This document shows positions 56,743 to 64,000 of a DNA stretch of 64,000 bases, in pieces; the first letter of the stretch is position 1; every line of letters starts with the position of its first letter. The notes below the pieces were generated by a model. It saw only the letters and a list, made by a program, of their open reading frames with translations, was not told where the DNA came from and ran no database searches. Source of the stretch: Caecitellus pseudoparvulus (lineage: Eukaryota > Protista > Bigyra: Bicosoecida); the NCBI GenBank assembly GCA_965644315.1, contig CBFFRQ010000080.1, positions 1 through 64,000 of the forward strand, given 5' to 3'. The translations under genes and the position numbers were made by a program.

Positions 56743-59700
56743 ATGCTGCGCTGCAAGGTCAGCGAGCTGTGGCCTCGCCCCATCACCTTCGCCGAGCATG
56801 GCGTGACTCAGCTGGCGCTGCTGGCAGGGCTCACCCGCGGGGCAGGCACGTGGGGTGTGGTCGCCAATGCCCATGGTGACGTCATCGTCCTGGACATTCC
56901 CGCCCGAAGGCCGCTCTGGCGCTGGATTGGCACTGGAGACGCGGCATCATGCCTGCACGCCGCCCGGATATGGCGTGAGGACAGCCCCCACACCATCGGG
57001 ATTGTGCTGGGCGACATCCAGGGCCGGAACCAGTTCATCTCCCTATCCCTCAAGCGTGACGCCAGCGCTGCGCCGGGGGACCCTGCCCCCCTGCACCTCC
57101 TCAGCGCTGGACTGCCTGGCTGCGGAAATCGGACTCCTGCATGCACTGCCGCGCAAGGCGTGCCCCATCGCGATGAAGTGTCGTGCATCACGGTGCACGG
57201 GCAGCAGGTTGCCATCGCAGGACGTGATGGTAAGTGTAGGGTGTATGACTGGCTCGCTCCCCACCTCCAGCCGACGCTGCGAGCCGAGTTTGCGAGGCTG
57301 GGCGTGCCCCTGCAAGCCACGGTGGACCTGGGCTCCGCCGCCATCGCGACCCTCGGTGGGGACCGCCAGCTGCACATCTGGAACAAGCCTGTGCTGGGTG
57401 GCAGTGATCCTGTGCAGCGGCGCTTTGAGGACCAGAGCGCCCGCAGCTTCCGACTGTGCCAGGATGTCGTGGCTGTGGCGCAGGCGGCGCAGCTACAGCC
57501 AGGCCCGGCTGCCCTGCTGGCAGTGGGCACAGAAAAGGGGGGCCTCCTTGTGCAGGTGGTGCAGCCTGCTGCCCCCACTGCTGGCGCTGGGGTGGGGCTG
57601 CAGCTGGAGTGCACCCCGGGCTGGACGGCCACCGCTGGCTCTGCAGCAGCAGCGGCGCCCTCCCATGGCCACGCCATCACCGCCCTGACGCTGCAAGAAG
57701 CGTGTGTTGCCTCCCTGCAGAGTGGCCAGGGTCTGTGGGGCTCGGCTGCGGCTGCGCAGGCCACCCACATCTTAGCTAGCGCCACGTCAGAGGGCACCGT
57801 GGGACTGTGGGCTCTCGCAGTGAGGAGGGCAGCGGGCCAGTGGACCCTGGCGGCCACCTGCCTGCTGCGAGTCCACATCAGCACCGCAGGGGCAGTGCAG
57901 CGCAACCACGTCACACGGCTGGCTGTGCAGGGCCAGTGGCTGGTGGCCGGCTCTCGCCAGGGGGACCTGCAGGGTTGGCGCCTGGACACGGGCAACAGCG
58001 CTGGAAGGCATGATGCTCACCTGCTCGCAGTCTCGGCACTGCAGGCACTGCCTGCTTCCAGCGGCTGTCCTCTCATTGCAACGGCATCCTCCGACGGGGC
58101 GGTGGTCGTCTGGCGTCTGGGCACAGGGCCCGGTTCCAGCTGGGTGCAGCCCGATACACACATCATGCGGCACAGTGAAGAGTCCGTGTCAGCGACAGCC
58201 TTCGCCTTCCTCAGTGTCATCTTGCTGTGGCTGCAACTGCTGCGTTTCGCGTTCCAGCAGCGCCTGGCCTTCCCGCCCTCCCGCACCCTGCGCGCCCTAT
58301 GCGCGCTGGCGATGTCCGTCGAAATTGACGTCTTTGAGAGCGCGCTGGGTTTTCTGGTGCAAGCCCTGACCCCCAAAGCATCCCTTGTGCCCACGGTGGT
58401 CACGGTGTGCCTAGCCGTTTGCTTCATGGCAGCCAACTACCGCTCTGCTTGGTTCTGGCGCCTGCGCAGGGCAGGGCCGACGTGGCTGCACGGACTGGTG
58501 TCCCTGCTCGCACAGCAAACGCTGGTCACCTCATTTTTCAGCACTGTTGAAACGCTCGTGGAGCAGGTTTCCGTGGCCGTCACTCAGGCCAGTCACGGGG
58601 ACACGGCCCTGCCTGGCCAGGCAACCCTCGCCCCGAGCAACTTGCAGTGGAACTCCACACAAGTGTACTGCACCACTGAGTCTCTGCTGCTGCAGGGGGC
58701 ACGCCACATCACGCAGCACAGCTTTCCGGGTCAATCGAACGCCTTAGATGTCGTGCTTAGAGCCGTGGGAAGCGTCTCGGACCCGCTGTGGGGCGCGATG
58801 CAAGCTGTGGCCTCCCCTGCAGCACTGCTGCTGCAGCACTCTGCGGAGGCCTACTCCGCTGCAGTGCCACCCTTAGCACATGCTGCACTCTGTGCCTTGC
58901 TCCTCCTGTTGTACACTTCCGTCGCCCTCCGCGTGGTCCTTGCCAACGGTGTGCAGAACTCGAACTGGAACGCGCCTCTGTTCTCCTGCGGCGCTCTCTG
59001 CTCCAGCAAGCACCGTGACTTCGACCAAGATGCCACAGCCCCACGCAACGCGGCTTCCATTCGCACAATCTGGCTGCAGGTCTGGAACACGGCCCTGAGC
59101 ATGGTGTTTGTGGCTTCCACCGCTGTTCTAGGCGTGCACCTTCCCCTTGCGCAGGCGGGCCTGCAGGCCGCCACAGAGACCTGTCGCCAGCAGCCCTTCA
59201 ACATGGAAGCGTTGCCTTCGGCTGGAAGCGGCGAGCCAGAAGCCTTCGGGAGCACTGCGGTGGGCGCCCTGGCCTGGAGCATTCCCGTCGCGAGTGCGTG
59301 CATCGCAGCAGGCCTGCTGGCCGCGACAACCCTGTTCGTGCTTGCCGTGCTGCAGCCCATGTTTTACCGGGGAGCCGTGAACGTCATGTTCGTTGCTATG
59401 ATGCTCGCCCTCGTCTTCTTGAACTGGACCTCCACTGCTGTGTGGACGGATGCCCTGCGCACTGCCAGTGCCAACGACTGCTTTGAGCAGACAGTGCACA
59501 GGCACGGGCTCACCGCCACAGCATGGCTCCTCGCGGCAATCAGGTGGCCTGCAGCACAGCACTTGCTGGGCTTGCCACTGGTCTTGTTCCGCGTCGCTGC
59601 GGGTGTGCGCGTGTCTGGCGTCGCCGGAGGCACCCTGCTCACCACTGCCAGCGCCGCTTCGTTGCTGCTTGGAGGGTCTTCTGCGCTGCTCATGGGTCGC

Positions 59701-62700
59701 AGGTGTATCAAGTATGCTTTCTTCTCAGGCGGGCGTGAACCCCCTCGCAGTTGTTGGGGTGTGCTGTGCGAGGCTGCTCGCGGATCGGCAGCTGAAGCGC
59801 GGGCTTGGCGTCGGCGGTGGAAGGCTAAGCAGGGTGCTCCCCACCGAGATGTACAACTGCTGTGCACACACCACCCCGTCGCTGCGCGGGTGGGGGTGTA
59901 CCGCGTCATGCTGGCGGCACGGCAAGCGGAGAACGTCCCACGCCTCTGTCGTGCAAACGCCGTCCCAGGCTTAGTCGCCTTCTTGCGGCAACAACAGTGC
60001 GCTGAGAGGGATGAAGGCCAGGTCATGCACGCGTTCAGTGCCTTGGGGAACATTGCAAAGGCCCAGGTCCTGCAGGCGCACCCTTCAGCTTCCGTGCCCA
60101 GGAGGGGCGCCGGCGAAGCGGCTTGGGATTTGGTGCAAGGCTTCACCCGCCAAGTGCTGCCGCCTCTCCTCTGTCCGACTGCTTGGTCTGTTCCGTCTGA
60201 TGCACTGCGGGCAGCGCAGCGACACGTGCTTGTCCCTGTGCAGTGGACAGTTGCACAGCAGGGGGACACATGGGAGGGCCTTGCCCGCCGACACAACTTG
60301 CCGAACGCAGACTTTTTGAAGTCCTGGAACGCCGCGGGGGACTGGCGACACGCCCACCGGTGGCGAAATGAGGATGTCATGGCCATGCAGGCTTGTCCGG
60401 AGGAGCCGCTGCCGGGCCAGCTCGTCGCAGTCCGCCCGCCCACCCCCATTCACCAGATGGAGTGGCACAAGCTCGGCTCTGCCCTGACCCATCACTTGCT
60501 GCGGCGCCCGGGGGAGTTCACACACCACCGCATGATTGTACTGGTGGCCTTGAAGAATTTCGTCGCGAGAAAGCTGCCGGCATGCGGCTATCTCACGCAG
60601 ACTCTGCACGCAGCAGGTGTCTCGTCAGCCCTCGTCACATTTCTGCGAGCATACAGGCCATGGCAAGTGCTGCCAACCTTGGCCGAGGCATACCCAACCT
60701 CCCCAGCTGTGCATCGCATGATCGCGACCTTCCAGAGCCTCTGCAGCAAAGCCCAGCCTTGGCCTGTCGCTGACGTTTGGCAATGCGAGGCTGAGCGGGA
60801 CAGCGAGGAAGACCCTGGGCATAGAATGTCTGTAGCTGCAACCATGCCCCCAACGCCGCTGACTCCCCCCCCCGCGGTAGCACGGGCCATTGCCCACCTT
60901 CACAGTGCCGGGCAGCTGCACCATCGAGACTTGCAGCAGTGGGTGCTTGATTTGGGGCCCAGTCTCGTGGAAGCGGCCCCTGACAAGTCAGTCTGCGCAG
61001 TGGTCACCGGCGAGCCAGAAGCTGCCGCGCAGGAGCCGCCTCGGCGCGTGGAAACTGCTGCAGCCGCCACCGCCAGGCTGCCCCGACGCCCACCCTTGCT
61101 GCGTGCTGCCAGTATTACGGCGGGAAGTGCTATGGGCAGCCTGGCAGCTCTGCTCGGACATATCATGCCAAACCTGCAGGTGGCCAGCTCTGGGCACAGC
61201 CTCCCGCCCTCATTGTCAGGGGAGCTCACCGAAGCTGCTTTTGCACGCCGTGTCGAAGTGCGCATCATGCAGCGCACCACGAGCGACCTGCTCAGTGTGT
61301 TGCGGTCCATGTGTGCCGCCGTAAAGGGCGCTCCGCTGTGGAAGTACACCCTTGCTCACACGGGTGCGCTCCGCGCCTTGCTGGACTTGTGTGCGGTGCC
61401 AACACCCGCCCGGCGTGTGGGGGGCAAAAACGTGCACCCATGGCTGTCAGCCTGGCAGTCCATGGCCATGATGGCTGTCAAGCAGCTGTGTTTTCACGCG
61501 GTGCACAGCGATGCCGAGGCCGTCGTTCTGGCAAAGCACCTTGTCTCCCAACTCCGAGCACGAGACATTTCCACTTCTGGGAACACTGTGCTCCTGCCCC
61601 GCTTGCAGCGAAGCAGCACACACGTACTGCCTTGCATCCAGGCTTTTGGGCACGCACACCAGCACATGCCTGAAGCCGGGAAAGCCATGACCCCTCCAGA
61701 CACCGCAACCTACATCCGGGCATGCTTGCGGGAGTGGGGCCCAGAACGTGTAGACCAAGCTATTGACCTGTCGTGCTGGCCAGGTGACCCCACAGAAGAC
61801 TGCATTGACCTCGAGCGCTGGACTGCGGCTGGCCGTGACCTCCCTGCATCTGCTGCAGGGGGGTCGCCGCCCCAGAGTAGCGATGGCGGCCTACAGGCCC
61901 TAGATGCATGGAGGGCAGCGCACTTCGTCCGCCGGCTGAACGCCCGAATGTGTTTTGCGGAAGGTGCCCTGGGCACAGCCGTGCGGCACGTGATGCCAGC
62001 GTGTTGGCCCGCTGCTTCCCCGCTCGGTCAAGCACGTGACCAGCGTGGCCAGCTGTCTGCCCACGAACATGCAACGCGGTTCCAAGCCCTGCAAATTGTC
62101 TTCGTGCTGCTCAGCGAACCCAGCATTCGGCGTGAGTCTGGGACACTGCAGCAGGTGCTCAGGCCACTCGTGGCGGCCCTGGCAGCTGCCCTCTCGCAAC
62201 GCTTGCCGGAGGGGGGTGGCGCGACGAAGCGGGCTGCCCGCTGTGCACACATGCTCACTGATTCCGCTGGCGGTGGGCAGTTCACATCTGTTCCGGATCG
62301 AGAGCTGGCCTATGTCCTACTTTGCTTGTGTGTCGTGGTTGCTGACACCAGCATCAAGCTGCAGTCTTGGCAGGTGTGCGCGGACCAACCCAACCTGTCA
62401 GCTGTCGTGCAGCAGCTGTTGGCAGGTGCACCCCCCGTGGAAGAGCTGCTGCGAACTGCCTTGCCAGGACAACGCGGGGCGTGCCTCGACTCCACAGAAC
62501 TGCAAGCAGTGGCCAACCTTGCGCCGGCTCTGCAGCGGAGGCGGGCCCGGGGCGGATCTCGGACATCGCTGCCCCACGCACAGGGACAGCTGCCAACTCC
62601 ACCCTCTTCCAGCCCTGGCCATGAGCTACTTCAAGCGGCAAGGCCTTTCCGCCACGAAGCACATGAGGGGGTGCCAGATCACCGCGCCGAGGCCGGACTG

Positions 62701-63021
62701 AGCGAGGCGGCAATTCTCTCAAGCTCCGCTGGCCTTCGTCGACGCACGCAGGCGGCGAATGAGCCGAGGCTTGCCCCTGACGCTGTCGCAGCCTCAAGAG
62801 GCACGAAGAGAGTACCAAGTACACCCCATCAAATGCTTGCGTTGGAATCCCAGACGCAGTCCCGCAAGACACCGCGACTGGGACCAGCTCGCGAACCTGG
62901 GCCATCTCCCCACCAGCACCGCAGCAAGGGCACGAAACGTGCCAATCGGGAGTCCACCACGCAGCCCCATCCTGGTCTTCGAAGAAGCAAGCGCATACGA
63001 AACCTCAACGGTGGCCGCTAG
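56743..63021 (+). CDS. 2092-aa protein: WD40 repeats + 7-9 TM block + ARM-like helices with embedded LysM-like motif
   Basis: WD-like units (HRDEVSCI..AGRDGKCRVYD, LASATSEGTVGLW, IATASSDGAVVVWR); hydrophobic block about 58190-59700; WTVAQQGDTWEGLARRHNL..LKSWN..PGQLVAV at 60244-60435. Confidence 0.7.
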   Translation: MLRCKVSELWPRPITFAEHGVTQLALLAGLTRGAGTWGVVANAHGDVIVLDIPARRPLWRWIGTGDAASCLHAARIWREDSPHTIGIVLGDIQGRNQFISLSLKRDASAAPGDPAPLHLLSAGLPGCGNRTPACTAAQGVPHRDEVSCITVHGQQVAIAGRDGKCRVYDWLAPHLQPTLRAEFARLGVPLQATVDLGSAAIATLGGDRQLHIWNKPVLGGSDPVQRRFEDQSARSFRLCQDVVAVAQAAQLQPGPAALLAVGTEKGGLLVQVVQPAAPTAGAGVGLQLECTPGWTATAGSAAAAAPSHGHAITALTLQEACVASLQSGQGLWGSAAAAQATHILASATSEGTVGLWALAVRRAAGQWTLAATCLLRVHISTAGAVQRNHVTRLAVQGQWLVAGSRQGDLQGWRLDTGNSAGRHDAHLLAVSALQALPASSGCPLIATASSDGAVVVWRLGTGPGSSWVQPDTHIMRHSEESVSATAFAFLSVILLWLQLLRFAFQQRLAFPPSRTLRALCALAMSVEIDVFESALGFLVQALTPKASLVPTVVTVCLAVCFMAANYRSAWFWRLRRAGPTWLHGLVSLLAQQTLVTSFFSTVETLVEQVSVAVTQASHGDTALPGQATLAPSNLQWNSTQVYCTTESLLLQGARHITQHSFPGQSNALDVVLRAVGSVSDPLWGAMQAVASPAALLLQHSAEAYSAAVPPLAHAALCALLLLLYTSVALRVVLANGVQNSNWNAPLFSCGALCSSKHRDFDQDATAPRNAASIRTIWLQVWNTALSMVFVASTAVLGVHLPLAQAGLQAATETCRQQPFNMEALPSAGSGEPEAFGSTAVGALAWSIPVASACIAAGLLAATTLFVLAVLQPMFYRGAVNVMFVAMMLALVFLNWTSTAVWTDALRTASANDCFEQTVHRHGLTATAWLLAAIRWPAAQHLLGLPLVLFRVAAGVRVSGVAGGTLLTTASAASLLLGGSSALLMGRRCIKYAFFSGGREPPRSCWGVLCEAARGSAAEARAWRRRWKAKQGAPHRDVQLLCTHHPVAARVGVYRVMLAARQAENVPRLCRANAVPGLVAFLRQQQCAERDEGQVMHAFSALGNIAKAQVLQAHPSASVPRRGAGEAAWDLVQGFTRQVLPPLLCPTAWSVPSDALRAAQRHVLVPVQWTVAQQGDTWEGLARRHNLPNADFLKSWNAAGDWRHAHRWRNEDVMAMQACPEEPLPGQLVAVRPPTPIHQMEWHKLGSALTHHLLRRPGEFTHHRMIVLVALKNFVARKLPACGYLTQTLHAAGVSSALVTFLRAYRPWQVLPTLAEAYPTSPAVHRMIATFQSLCSKAQPWPVADVWQCEAERDSEEDPGHRMSVAATMPPTPLTPPPAVARAIAHLHSAGQLHHRDLQQWVLDLGPSLVEAAPDKSVCAVVTGEPEAAAQEPPRRVETAAAATARLPRRPPLLRAASITAGSAMGSLAALLGHIMPNLQVASSGHSLPPSLSGELTEAAFARRVEVRIMQRTTSDLLSVLRSMCAAVKGAPLWKYTLAHTGALRALLDLCAVPTPARRVGGKNVHPWLSAWQSMAMMAVKQLCFHAVHSDAEAVVLAKHLVSQLRARDISTSGNTVLLPRLQRSSTHVLPCIQAFGHAHQHMPEAGKAMTPPDTATYIRACLREWGPERVDQAIDLSCWPGDPTEDCIDLERWTAAGRDLPASAAGGSPPQSSDGGLQALDAWRAAHFVRRLNARMCFAEGALGTAVRHVMPACWPAASPLGQARDQRGQLSAHEHATRFQALQIVFVLLSEPSIRRESGTLQQVLRPLVAALAAALSQRLPEGGGATKRAARCAHMLTDSAGGGQFTSVPDRELAYVLLCLCVVVADTSIKLQSWQVCADQPNLSAVVQQLLAGAPPVEELLRTALPGQRGACLDSTELQAVANLAPALQRRRARGGSRTSLPHAQGQLPTPPSSSPGHELLQAARPFRHEAHEGVPDHRAEAGLSEAAILSSSAGLRRRTQAANEPRLAPDAVAASRGTKRVPSTPHQMLALESQTQSRKTPRLGPAREPGPSPHQHRSKGTKRANRESTTQPHPGLRRSKRIRNLNGGR

Positions 63022-64000
63022 GCTTCACTGACAGCGAATCTGTGCTCCAGTTCTCTTCCCCTTGCGACGAACACTGGATAAGTCCATGGCCTGTTGAAGG
63101 GAGTCGTACACCAGCTGAGCGGTACAGTCGCAAACGCCAGTACAGGCCGCACAAATCAAAATCCGACAGACACGACCACTCCCGTGGCAAGATTGCGAGC
63201 TGGCGTCTGCCTTTGGTCCGAGCAGAGCTACAGCTCGTAGGGAATTCATCCATCCAGCGTTTCATGCCCGTTTCGTGAAAAGGATTGAGGGTGCCCGCCT
63301 TTCCCCGCCTGCAGTCCAGCAGCTGCCACGTGCGCGCTTGAGACAGGACATCTTTGCCTCCCATATTGGCATTGAACATGCTGCGCCGACTCGGAGCACG
63401 GTTCCGGGCTTGCTTGCTCCTCTGCCTTGCGCTCAATGCGGTCGCGGTGGAAGGCGGGGAGCCAGCTTCACCGTGTTTTCCGGGCTCGCCGCAGCCGGCT
63501 GTGCTTGGACAGGCAGAAGCTGAAGCAGCGCCTGGCATGCACAGAGTCCTTAGCAGCGAGTTTCCTGTCGAGCCTCCGGCAGCTCGCTTCGTGGAGCCGG
63601 GTCTGCAAGCTGGCAACCTGCAGCTCACAGCCGTGAATGCCACGTTTCTTGCGGGACACCTCTCTCTCGCCCTTGACGCAAGGGTGGAGGTCAACGCGCA
63701 CCACACTCTTCGGTACGAAAAGGAGTTCTGGGCTTTCTTCCAGTTCCAGTGGAAGCATTGCGAGCCGGGGCACTTCACAGCCCTGCAAAGCTTCCACTGC
63801 GACCGACAGGCCGCCACCGCGCCCTGGGGCATGGGCGGGGGCACGCTGCCTAGCAGCCTGAACGGAACGAACGCGGCGTTCCAGTGCAGCATGGAGTTCC
63901 CTGTGCCAGCACAGCCGACCCCTGAGGTGGTGTGCCACCTCCACCTCTGGAACGGACTGCGGTGGGAAGGCACTGGTTTCACAACTTCCGTTGTCGAGCT
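63005..64000 (-). CDS. Probable 3' part of an unidentified gene entering from the right edge; exon structure unresolved
   Basis: Overlapping open frames 63468-63944 and 63005-63982, with an acceptor-like cccaccgcag near 63957. Confidence 0.3.
   Translation of the reverse strand, partial: SSTTEVVKPVPSHRSPFQRWRWHTTSGVGCAGTGNSMLHWNAAFVPFRLLGSVPPPMPQGAVAACRSQWKLCRAVKCPGSQCFHWNWKKAQNSFSYRRVWCALTSTLASRARERCPARNVAFTAVSCRLPACRPGSTKRAAGGSTGNSLLRTLCMPGAASASACPSTAGCGEPGKHGEAGSPPSTATALSARQRSKQARNRAPSRRSMFNANMGGKDVLSQARTWQLLDCRRGKAGTLNPFHETGMKRWMDEFPTSCSSARTKGRRQLAILPREWSCLSDFDLCGLYWRLRLYRSAGVRLPSTGHGLIQCSSQGEENWSTDSLSVKPSGHR

Noticed and set aside
22-63982. The many long overlapping antisense/alternate-frame ORFs in the track (e.g. 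22-1266, 15908-17458, 32228-34327, 49068-50504)
   Set aside because: These are shadow ORFs expected in high-GC DNA: Arg/Pro/Gly/Cys-rich, without motifs, and opposite well-supported genes.
1-64000. Prokaryotic systems (CRISPR arrays, operons, defence islands) and introner-type repeated introns
   Set aside because: The sequence is eukaryotic with spliceosomal introns, has no repeat-spacer arrays, and the intron interiors show no mutual similarity that I could detect.

Overview
This is gene-dense, very GC-rich eukaryotic nuclear DNA, not prokaryotic. About 30 protein-coding loci are packed with spacers of 0-450 bp and carry short GT-AG introns (mostly 60-110 nt) clustered near gene 5' ends. 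Gene content (protist-type BAF, a Dam1-complex Ask1, a 7TM-INPP4 fusion, centriole genes WRAP73/Sfi1-like) suggests a flagellated stramenopile; this is inference. Recognisable genes: FHA-Ser/Thr kinase, PH-START protein, MBL-fold hydrolase, RNPS1, MZT1, UTP15, 7TM-INPP4, thioredoxin-UBA-PUB, TmcB-like PAS membrane protein, EEF1AKMT1, ASK1, EF-hand pseudo-kinesin, WRAP73, SF3B6, Niban-like, BAF, and a truncated UTP20 C-terminal fragment. No rRNA, tRNA, CRISPR array or clear transposon was seen. The strongest unexplained signals concern RNA processing. (1) The hexamer AATGCA sits at or just after the stop of about half the genes and occurs as the palindrome AATGCATT between convergent genes, a candidate bidirectional non-canonical poly(A) signal. 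(2) Splice donors are dominated by GTGCGT (+4C). Protein-level highlights are an Ask1 with a C-terminal winged-helix-like domain, the 7TM-INPP4 fusion and a WD40-multiTM-LysM protein. All gene models and motif counts were made by hand, without database searches.
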